From positions 28,024,001-28,088,000 of the forward strand of contig NW_027361806.1 of NCBI RefSeq assembly GCF_039654945.1: a DNA stretch of 64,000 bases, read 5' to 3'. Under the pieces are notes generated by a model, which made no database searches, had not been told where the DNA came from, and saw only the letters and a program-made list of their open reading frames with translations. The stretch is from Dendrobates tinctorius. Taxonomy: Eukaryota. Numbering within the stretch: position 1 is the first letter of the stretch; the number at the start of each line of letters is the position of its first letter. A program made the translations under genes and the position numbers. This document shows, piece by piece, positions 49,233-59,765 of the stretch.

Positions 49233-52183
49233 GGGTATGTGCACACTAGGGTGACCGGATCTCATATGGGGGGGGGGGGGGAAATGTCAGAATCTTGTTC
49301 GTCTGGACCCCACAAAACGATTCCCCTTTCCAGATATTGAGAGAGCCAAAATTTGAGCTCGATCAAACGACGTTAACCCGTGCCGCTCGTCGCTCAAAGT
49401 TTGAAAAAATACAAATTGAGGTATTTTAAGATTTAGGTATTTTGCATAGTCTGTTAGACTATAAAGAATGTGACAACAACATTGCAGAAATAGCCCTGAC
49501 CAAATTTTCAAACCATTCGTGGTATTTGAATGCGGAGTTGGTGGGATTATCGTTTTTTGATCCCACCATTACAGACAATGAAAAGTTGTTAATGGCTAAT
49601 AAATTGCTCAGTAGCACAGATGAACCATCAGAGCACGCTAACCTACATGAGTTGATAATTTTACATAGTTATCTAATCTATTCTAGAGCTTTTGTTAAAG
49701 TAGTTTTTGAAACGTCAGAATATAATGCTCGGCATTTGCTTACAACTTGCAGGACATATTGCTTTTGTTCTTCATCTTTTGTCAGAAGGTCGTTAAAGTC
49801 GGTTACTTCCTACCTCTTATAATTTTTCTTTCCTAACTTTTGGATTTACAACCCTAGCGTGCTCTGATGGTTCATCTGTGCTACTGAGCAATTTATTAGC
49901 CATTAACAACTCTTCATTGTCTGTAATGGTGGGATCAAAAAACGAGAATCCCACCAACTCTGCATTCAAATACCACGAATGGTTTGAAAATTTGGTCAGG
50001 GCTATTTCTGCAATGTTGTTGTCACATTCTTTATAGTCTATCAGACTATGCAAAATACCTAAATCTTAAAATACCTCAATTTGGATTTTTTCAAATTTTG
50101 AGCGACGAGCGGCACGGGTTAACGTCGTTTGATCGAGCTCAAATTTTGGCTCTCTCAATATCTGGAAAGGGCAATCGTTTTGTCGGGTCCAGACGGACAA
50201 AATTCCGACATCGATTTTTTGCGGTCACCCTAGTGCACACGCTGCGGATTTGGAGTCTGCGGATCCACAGCAGTTCTGCAGACGGTGCAGTGCCATGTAA
50301 GTCTATGGGATTTACAATCCGCTATGCACATACTGCGGAAAAGCTGCGGTTTTAAATCCACAGAAAGAATTGACATGTCAATTCTTTCTGCGGATTCCGC
50401 TGCGGTTTGACACCTATTCCATTGTCCAGGTGTCAAACCACTGGCCACTTTACCTGCGCATCCCCATGGAAAAATCTGCAGCGTGTGTACATAGTCTTAG
50501 GGTATTTGCACACTTTGCAGTTTCCGCAGCGTTTTTGGCTCTGCAGAAACGCAGCAGATTTTGCTGCGTTGTACAGTACCTTTATTTCCTATGGAAAAAA
50601 AAAAAAAAAAAGCTGTGCACATGCTACGTTTTTTTCCGCGCGGTTTTGCTGCGGTTTTCAAAACGCAGCATGTCAATTGTTTGGTGCAGAAACGCTGCAG
50701 TTTTACACCTCATCCATTATGAGGTGTAAACCGCAGGGAAAAACCGCAGCACTTTGTCCTGCGGATTTCTCTACAAAATCCGCAGAGACAAAAAGCTATG
50801 TGCGCACATACCCTTACACATTCATCACCAGGCCGCCATATACCCAGCTACAATAAGCCATCTCATCTGACCCCGGGTTTTGGGTGACTGCACTTGGCAA
50901 GTTTTCGCTAGCAGAGGAGTCTCCCACACTCATTTACTGGTGCGTGACCAGTCATCTGCTCGTGTGCAGAGCGCGTCCTCACAGCTTCCCGGCACAAGCC
51001 AAGAAGGAGCTTTTAGGTATGTGCACACATTGCGGATTTACTGTGGATCCGCTGAAGATTTCCTAGTGATTTACAGTACAATGTAAGTCTATGGGAAATA
51101 AAAACCACTGTGCACATGCTGCAGAAAAATCTGCGAGGAAACGCAGCAGTTTATTTTCCGCAGCATGTCAATTCTTTGTGCAGATTCTGCAGCGTTTTTA
51201 CACCCATTCCATTATAGGAATCCGCAGGCGAAATCAGCAGATTTTGACCTGCGGATTCTGCCAAAAATAGCGGAAAATTCCGCACATGAATCCACAACGT
51301 GTGCACATACCCTAGGTTACACATAGATCCTCCAGGGGCTGCTGCACCACCGAGTCTGAAGAGGGATTTTTTTTTTTTTTTTAAATAATCTGTCCCAAAG
51401 TTATAACAAACCCCAGAAATAGCGGTGCACATCAACCAACCGGGCCGGCATCCAGCCATCTATTCCATTACAGGAAAGCTAAATTCAGCCTGTATTACTT
51501 GGGGGGGGGGGGGGGGGGGGAGATACATAGCTGGATGTATTATTACCTGACATCTTCTAAAAATAATAAGATCAGACACGTTAGGGTCTGTGCACATGTT
51601 GCGGATTTGTCTCTGCGGATCCGCAGCAGTTTTCCATGCGATGTACAGTACCACGTTATCCTATGGAAAAAAAAACTGTGTACATGCTGCGAAAAATTCC
51701 GCACAGAATCGCAGCGGTTTATTTTCCGCAGCGTGTCAAATCTTTGTGTGGATTCCCCAGCGTTTTACGCCTCTTCCATTACAGGAATCCGCAGGTGTAA
51801 AAACGCAGACGAAATGCATGCATTTTCACCTGTGGATTCTGCAGATTCCGCATGGAAAAATCCACAACGTATGCACATAGAAATAGGGTATGTGCACACG
51901 GTGCGGATTCGGCTGCAGTTCCGCAGCGTTTCTGCACCTGCGGGTCCGCAGTAGATTGTGCTGCGTTGTACAGTACCTTTATTTCCTATGGAACGCAGAG
52001 CACAGGCTGCGGATTTTTCCGCACGGTTTTGCTGCGGTTTACAATCCGCAGCATGTCAATTGTTTGGTGCAGAAATGCTGCAGTTTTACACCTCATCCAT
52101 TATGAGGACTTTTGTCCTGCGGATTTATCTGCGGTTTTCAATACAAAATCTGCAGAGACAAAAAACTACGTGCGCACATAGCC
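49233..52183. mobile_element. Cluster of ~300-bp GGSTATGTGCACAC-ended MITEs (49233-50496, 50500-50813, 51016-51312, 51584-~51880, 51886-52183)
   Basis: Shared termini ggg/ggctatgtgcacac...gtgtgcacatagcc/ccc, TWA flanks, and gcgg/ccgc-rich interiors. Confidence 0.8.
49247..50232. mobile_element. Fold-back hAT (hATm-like) deletion derivative with 8-bp TSD GTGCACAC and transposase remnants
   Basis: gtgcacac|TAGGGTGACCG...CGGTCACCCTA|gtgcacac. Inverted ~350-bp arms both encode KFSNHSWYLNAELVGxSFFD. The centre (- strand, 49678-49800) encodes DFNDLLTKDEEQKQYVLQVVSKCRALYSDVSKTTLTKALE*. Confidence 0.82.
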
Positions 52184-52804
52184 TTAATGTTCAACATGCC
52201 CAACCAACCACAGTAGGTTAAATTTGGGACACCAGTATACACTTCATGAAGGTTTAGCCGTCTTAAAAAAAGTGTTCATAACACTGGAGAGAGCGAGATT
52301 GTGAATATTGTATCTCATCACATCTGGAGCCTTTATTCCCACAGAAGACGAGCGATCCGCAGGTGTCCGGCAGTGACGCTCACTGATAACTGATGGGGCC
52401 ACAGGTACGGGATGTGTAGCGATAGCATAAAGCTCAGCCATCATCCCTGCACCCAAATACAAGTAAGACACCCCGACNNNNNNNNNNNNNNNNNNNNNNN
52501 NNNNNNNNNNNNNNNNNNNNNNNNNNNNNNNNNNNNNNNNNNNNNNNNNNNNNNNNNNNNNNNNNNNNNNNNNNNNNNNNNNNNNNNNNNNNNNNNNNNN
52601 NNNNNNNNNNNNCCCCCCACACACACACACACGCTGACCACGGGTGGCCCCCCCACACACACACACACACACACACGCTGACCACGGCCGGCCCCCCCCC
52701 GTGATGGAATTTAATCTCCTTCCATTCTTTCGTTAATTGACAATAATCTATTAACCCTTCTGTGTATGGAGCGTCTGACCCTGCAGTCTCATACTCCCAC
52801 CTAT

Positions 52805-53283
52805 GGGCCCCATCACACACAGCGATCTCACCAGCGAGATCGCTGTGTGTGACAGCGATCAGCGAGCGGTCCCCCTGCAAGAAACCTCTGGACATTTTTT
52901 CGTCGCTGATCTGCCGCTGGCCAGCACACATCGCTGCGTGTGACAGGCAGGAGACCAGCGATCAGCTGGTAACTAACGTACACATCGGGTATCCAAGGGA
53001 CGCGCGAGTTACAGGTGTCGCCGCCTCACGCTGGGGACCAGGAGGCAGCAGGACGCCGCCAGGCGAGGCGGGGGATGCAGGCGCGCCCTCTGCTGGTGGA
53101 GGACTGGAACAGCAGGCACACTTGTCCGCTGCTCCCGGGCTCGCTCCTCACCTCGGTGTCCTGATCGCTGGTGAAGCTGTCTGTGTGACAGCTCACCAGC
53201 GATCACATAGCGACTTACCAGCGATCCTGACACCTTGATATCGATGTCGGGATCGCTGGTAAATCGCTATGTGTGACACCAGC
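52805..53283. mobile_element. MITE with cagcgat/atcgctg subterminal repeats
   Basis: catcacacacagcgat...atcgctatgtgtgacacc inverted ends. Confidence 0.6.
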
Positions 53284-53556
53284 TTAAGTCTTATGCACAG
53301 TCCTGTATGTACAGATGTGACCCCAGACTGAGAGGCCCCGAGCATCTCTAGGGCCACACACTGCAGGTCTGCTGCACAGGATCACCGCACACACCTCTCA
53401 CCACAGAGCAGGCAGCGGCCATGCTGGGGAGTGGGACGAGGGCCAGGCGGGGCCATGTATGGAGAGGAACAGCGCAGCCCACATTATATCGGGCACAGGA
53501 GTCGGCAATGTTGTGATTTTAACCATTTACTTACCGTAAAGAAAGACTGACAGGAA

Positions 53557-53883
<327 letters not shown>

Positions 53884-54030
53884 CTACGTACAGGTCGTAT
53901 CTCATTCAGCGAACGCAGAGCTTAGATTAGGAGTCCAGTGGGCGGTCCCACCAGTGATTGACAGCTATGTACAGGCACAGTCATACAGGAACCTGTCAGT
54001 CGCTGGGAGGACCAGCCACTGGACTCCTAA

Positions 54031-54115
54031 TACAAAGACCCCAGACCAGACCCCAAATGTACACAAAGACCCCAGACCAGACCCCAAATATACACAAAGA
54101 CCCCAGATCAGAGAC
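54031..54115. repeat. ~2.7 units of the 31-bp minisatellite, inverted relative to 56697-59940
   Basis: tacacaaagaccccagaccagaccccaaata is the reverse complement of the upstream unit. Confidence 0.9.
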
Positions 54116-55681
54116 CCTCATACACTCCCTCCACAGCCCCCACCGTGACTGTCCCCCTCGTACACTCCCTCCACAGCCCCCACCGTGACTGTCCCCCTCG
54201 TACACTCCCTCCACAGCCCCCACCGTGACTGTCCCCCTCGTACACTCCCTCCACAGCCCCCACCGTGACTGTCCCCCTCGTACACTCCCTCCACAGCCCC
54301 CACCGTGACTGTCCCCCTCATACACTCCCTCCACAGCCCCCACCGTGACTGTCCCCCTCATACACTCCCTCCACAGCCCCCACCGTGACTGTCCCCCTCA
54401 TACACTCCCTCCACAGCCCCCACCGTGACTGTCCCCCTCATACACTCCCTCCACAGCCCCCACCGTGACTGTCCCCCTCATACACTCCCTCCACAGCCCC
54501 CACCGTGACTGTCCCCCTCATACACTCCCTCCACAGCCCCCACCGTGACTGTCCCCCTCATACACTCCCTCCACAGCCCCCACCGTGACTGTCCCCCTCA
54601 TACACTCCCTCCACAGCCCCCACCGTGACTGTCCCCCTCATACACTCCCTCCACAGCCCCCACCGTGACTGTCCCCCTCATACACTCCCTCCACAGCCCC
54701 CACCGTGACTGTCCCCCTCATACACTCCCTCCACAGCCCCCACCGTGACTGTCCCCCTCATACACTCCCTCCACAGCCCCCACCGTGACTGTCCCCCTCA
54801 TACACTCCCTCCACAGCCCCCACTGTGACTGTCCCCCTCGTACACTCCCTCCACAGCCCCCACTGTGACTGTCCCCTCATACACTCCCTCCACAGCCCCC
54901 ACTGTGACTGTCCCCCTCGTACACTCCCTCCACAGCCCCCACTGTGACTGTCCCCCTCATACACTCCCTCCACAGCCCCCACCGTGACTGTCCCCCTCGT
55001 ACACTCCCTCCACAGCCCCCACCGTGACTGTCCCCCTCATACACTCCCTCCACAGCCCCCACCGTGACTGTCCCCCTCATACACTCCCTCCACAGCCCCC
55101 ACCGTGACTGTCCCCCTCATACACTCCCTCCACAGCCCCCACCGTGACTGTCCCCCTCATACACTCCCTCCACAGCCCCCACCGTGACTGTCCCCCTCAT
55201 ACACTCCCTCCACAGCCCCCACCGTGACTGTCCCCCTCATACACTCCCTCCACAGCCCCCACTGTGACTGTCCCCCTCGTACACTCCCTCCACAGCCCCC
55301 ACTGTGACTGTCCCCTCATACACTCCCTCCACAGCCCCCACTGTGACTGTCCCCCTCGTACACTCCCTCCACAGCCCCCACTGTGACTGTCCCCCTCGTA
55401 CACTCCCTCCACAGCCCCCACCGTGACTGTCCCCCTCGTACACTCCCTCCACAGCCCCCACTGTGACTGTCCCCCTCATACACTCCCTCCACAGCCCCCA
55501 CTGTGACTGTCCCCCTCATACACTCCCTCCACAGCCCCCACTGTGACTGTCCCCTCATACACTCCCTCCACAGCCCCCACTGTGACTGTCCCCCTCATAC
55601 ACTCCCTCCACAGCCCCCACTGTGACTGTCCCCCTCATACACTCCCTCCACAGCCCCCACTGTGACTGTCCCCATACTCCC
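54116..55681. repeat. 40-bp minisatellite (tacactccctccacagcccccaccgtgactgtccccctca), ~39 units, in the GNG5 intron
   Basis: Near-perfect tandem array with a 439-bp higher-order repeat (identical ORFs at 54758 and 55197). Confidence 0.97.
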
Positions 55682-55941
55682 AGATCCCTTGTGACTGTGC
55701 CCCCTTATGTGCTGACATAGCCCCCCTGTGACTCCCAGATACCCCCCCCGTGTGAGCCCCCAGGAGCCGCCTGTACACAGGGGCTGAGCGTACAGTGACC
55801 GTACAGTGACCGTACAGTGAGCGGACCCCCGCATTGCTCCGCACCGGAGCTGCATACATGGCGCCGCCCCTCCCCCACCCGGCAGGAAGTTTGCGGGTTG
55901 CTCAGCTCCCGGAGCAGGCTCTGGAGGAGGATCGCTCTCAC

Positions 55942-56022
55942 CTTCACCCGGTTGATGCCGGCCTCCACCCGTAGCTGCTGCACCACCTTCTTCATCGCGG
56001 ACACGTTCGCGGTTCCCGACAT
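55942..56022 (-). CDS. GNG5: G protein gamma-5, first coding exon
   Basis: MSGTANVSAMKKVVQQLRVEAGINRVK |gtgaga. Joined protein is 68 aa. Confidence 0.95.
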
Positions 56023-56069
56023 CTCGGCTGCAAAACTTTACGCCCAACTTTTCCGCTGTTCTCTGCTAA

Positions 56070-56225
56070 TTGGGAAGTGCGCATGCGCTTAAGTGCGCAC
56101 CCTGGTGGCCAGAGAGGGGCGGCGCAGGGCGCTTCTGTAGGCTCCGGGGGCAGAGAAGAAGAGTGGGAGGGGCCGAGGGCGGGACTTGGGGTGTTGGGGG
56201 CGGGGCGGGAATTGACGCGCGTGCT
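56070..56225. promoter_or_regulatory. GNG5 CpG-rich promoter region with NRF1, GC-box and E2F-like motifs
   Basis: TGCGCATGCGC at 56078-56088; GGGGCGGGGCGGGAA at ~56196-56211. Confidence 0.6.
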
Positions 56226-58171
56226 GTTTGTCGTTTCCTCAGAGACTTTCCTGCTTTCCCGGCGATCTGCGCCCCCACAGATCGGGAGGGATCGGTGCCA
56301 GATCGGTGTCAGCGGGGAAAGGACAGTTTTTTCTGTGAAAATAAATATGAAATAACATAATAAGAGATTCCGCCCTCTGTCTCCCGTCCCCACAGCGTTA
56401 CAAGGCGCGTGTACTGCAGGACGAGCTGCGGTTGTGAATTCACCTTTCGTTTCACCGTACGATTCCCTGAAAAACGGGGAAATGTTCCGAATGCAGTAAA
56501 ACGAGTGGAGGACGCCGTGTGCGCGTCGTTTCTGTGGTTTCGTCTTTACGTCGTGTATTCTGAGCGGTGATCACAGGACCCCGGACGAGCGCTTATCTAT
56601 AGTGTAGGGACGGATACAAACCCTGAACTTTACCACAAAATCTACAGCTACACCCCATTCTCTGAGACCCGGAACATTCACCGGCGCTGGGGCTGAGTGG
56701 GGTCTTTGTGTATATTTGGGGTCTGGTCTGGGGTCTTTGTGTATATTTGGGGTCTGGTCTGGGGTCTTTGTATATATTTGAGGTCTGGTCTGGGGTCTTT
56801 GTATATATTTGGGGTCTGGTCTGGGGTCTTTGTATATATTTGGGGTCTGGTCTGGGGTCTTTGTGTATATTTGGGGTCTGGTCTGGGGTCTTTGTGTATA
56901 TTTGGGGTCTGGTCTGGGGTCTTTGTGTATATTTGGGGTCTGGTCTGGGGTCTTTGTGTATATTTGGGGTCTGGTCTGGGGTCTTTGTATATATTTGAGG
57001 TCTGGTCTGGGGTCTTTGTGTATATTTGGGGTCTGGTCTGGGGTCTTTGTATATATTTGGGGTCTGGTCTGGGGTCTTTGTGTATATTTGGAGTCTGGTC
57101 TGGGGTCTTTGTGTATATTTGGGGTCTGGTCTGGGGTCTTTGTGTATATTTGGAGTCTGGTCTGGGGTCTTTGTGTATATTTGAGTCTCTGATCTGGGGT
57201 CTTTGTATATATTTGGGGTCTGGTCTGGGGTCTTTGTATATATTTGGGTCTCTGATCTGGGGTCTTTGTGTATATTTGGAGTCTGGTCTGGGGTCTTTGT
57301 GTATATTTGGGGTCTGGTCTGGGGTCTTTGTGTATATTTGGGGTCTGGTCTGGGGTCTTTGTGTATATTTGGGGTCTGGTCTGGGGTCTTTGTATATATT
57401 TGAGGTCTGGTCTGGGGTCTTTGTATATATTTGGGGTCTGGTCTGGGGTCTTTGTATATATTTGGGGTCTGGTCTGGGGTCTTTGTGTATATTTGGGGTC
57501 TGGTCTGGGGTCTTTGTGTATATTTGGGGTCTGGTCTGGGGTCTTTGTATATATTTGGGGTCTGGTCTGGGGTCTTTGTGTATATTTGGGGTCTGGTCTG
57601 GGGTCTTTGTATATATTTGAGGTCTGGTCTGGGGTCTTTGTATATATTTGGGGTCTGGTCTGGGGTCTTTGTGTATATTTGGGGTCTGGTCTGGGGTCTT
57701 TGTATATATTTGGGGTCTGGTCTGGGGTCTTTGTGTATATTTGGGGTCTGGTCTGGGGTCTTTGTATATATTTGGGGTCTGGTCTGGGGTCTTTGTATAT
57801 ATTTGGGTCTCTGATCTGGGGTCTTTGTGTATATTTGGGGTCTGGTCTGGGGTCTTTGTGTATATTTGGGGTCTGGTCTGGGGTCTTTGTGTATATTTGG
57901 AGTCTGGTCTGGGGTCTTTGTGTATATTTGGGGTCTGGTCTGGGGTCTTTGTGTATATTTGGAGTCTGGTCTGGGGTCTTTGTGTATATTTGAGTCTCTG
58001 ATCTGGGGTCTTTGTATATATTTGGGGTCTGGTCTGGGGTCTTTGTATATATTTGGGTCTCTGATCTGGGGTCTTTGTGTATATTTGGAGTCTGGTCTGG
58101 GGTCTTTGTGTATATTTGGGGTCTGGTCTGGGGTCTTTGTGTATATTTGGAGTCTCGGGTCTTTGTATATA

Positions 58172-59765
58172 CAGTGCCTACAAGTAGTATTCAACCCCCT
58201 GCAGATTTAGCAGGTTTGATAAGATGTAAATAAATTAGAGCCTTCAAACTCCACACAAGAGCAGGATTTATTAACAGATGCATAAATCTTACAAACCAAA
58301 AAGTTATGTTGCTCAGTTAAATTTTAATAAATTTTTAACATACAAGTGTGGGTCAATTATTATTCAACCCCTAGGTTTAATATTTTGTGGAATAACCCTT
58401 GTTTGCAATTACAGCTAATAATCGTCTTTTATAAGACCTGATCAGGCCGGCACAGGTCTCTGGAGTTATCTTGGCCCACTCCTCCATGCAGATCTTCTCC
58501 AAGTTATGTGGGTTCTTTGGGTGTCTCATGTGGACTTTAATCTTGAGCTCCTTCCACAAGTTTTCAATTGGGTTAAGGTCAGGAGACTGACTAGGCCACT
58601 CCAACACCTTGATTTTTTGCCTCTTGAACCAGGCCTTGGTTTTCTTGGCTGTGTGCTTTGGGTCGTTGTCTTGTTGGAAGATGAAATGACGACCCATCTT
58701 AAGATCCTTGATGGAGGAGCGGAGGTTCTTGGCCAAAATCTCCAGGTAGGCCGTGCTATCCATCTTCCCATGGATGCGGACCAGACGGCCAGGCCCCTTG
58801 GCTGAGAAACAGCCCCACAGCATGATGCTGCCACCACCATGCTTGACTGTAGGGATGGTACTCTTGGGGTCGTATGCAGTGCCATCCAGTCTCCAAACGT
58901 CACGTGTGTGGTTGGCACCAAAGATCTCGATCTTGGTCTCATCAGACCAGAGAACCTTGAACCAGTCTGTCTCAGAGTCCTCCAAGTGATCATGAGCAAA
59001 CTGTAGACGAGCCTTGACATGACGCTTTGAAAGTAAAGGTACCTTACGGGCTCGTCTGGAACGGAGACCATTGCGGTGGAGTACGTTACTTATGGTATTG
59101 ACTGAAACCAATGTCCCCACTGCCATGAGATCTTCCCGGAGCTCCTTCCTTGTTGTCCTTGAGTTAGCCTTGACTCTCCGGACAAGCCTGGCCTCGGCAC
59201 GGGAGGAAACTTTCAAAGGCTGTCCAGGCCGTGGAAGGCTAACAGTAGTTCCATAAGCCTTCCACTTCCGGATGATGCTCCCAACAGTGGAGACAGGTAG
59301 GCCCAACTCCTTGGAAAGGGTTTTGTACCCCTTGCCAGCCTTGTGACCCTCCACGATCTTGTCTCTGATGGCCTTGGAATGCTCCTTTGTCTTTCCCATG
59401 TTGACCATGTATGAGTGCTGTTCACAAGTTTGGGGAAGGTCTTAAATAGTCAGAAAAGGCTGGAAAAAGAGATAATTAATCCAAACATGTGAAGCTCATT
59501 GTTCTTTGTGCCTGAAATACTTCTTAATACTTTAGGGGAACCAAACAGAATTCTGGTGGTTTGAGGGGTTGAATAATAAATGACCCTCTGAATAAACTTT
59601 TCACAATTTAAAAAAAAATTAAACAAAGAAATAACATTCTTTTTTGCTGCAGTGCATTTCACACTTCCAGGCTGATCTACAGTCCAAATGTCACAATGCC
59701 AAGTTAATTCCGAATGTGTAAACCTGCTAAATCTGCAGGGGGTTGAATACTACTTGTAGGCACTG
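58172..59765 (-). mobile_element. Full-length Tc1 transposon (1594 bp), IR/DR type, with TA target duplication
   Basis: Perfect 46-bp TIR CAGTGCCTACAAGTAGTATTCAACCCCCTGCAGATTTAGCAGGTTT. Inner repeats (TATTCAACCCCT) at ~58361 and ~59564-59575. Confidence 0.97.
58377..59408 (-). CDS. Intact Tc1 DD34E transposase (340-343 aa)
   Basis: Uninterrupted ORF. Paired-like HTH (MGKTKEHSKAIRDKIV...GYKTLSKEL), WSDETK, and QQDNDPKH with 34 residues from D to the E of [11 protein letters not shown]. Confidence 0.95.
   Translation of the reverse strand: MVNMGKTKEHSKAIRDKIVEGHKAGKGYKTLSKELGLPVSTVGSIIRKWKAYGTTVSLPRPGQPLKVSSRAEARLVRRVKANSRTTRKELREDLMAVGTLVSVNTISNVLHRNGLRSRRARKVPLLSKRHVKARLQFAHDHLEDSETDWFKVLWSDETKIEIFGANHTRDVWRLDGTAYDPKSTIPTVKHGGGSIMLWGCFSAKGPGRLVRIHGKMDSTAYLEILAKNLRSSIKDLKMGRHFIFQQDNDPKHTAKKTKAWFKRQKIKVLEWPSQSPDLNPIENLWKELKIKVHMRHPKNPHNLEKICMEEWAKITPETCAGLIRSYKRRLLAVIANKGYSTKY

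Noticed and set aside
56593-58233. 533-aa KDPRPDPKY repeat ORF and its antisense frames
   Set aside because: Translation of the 31-bp minisatellite cycling through all frames.
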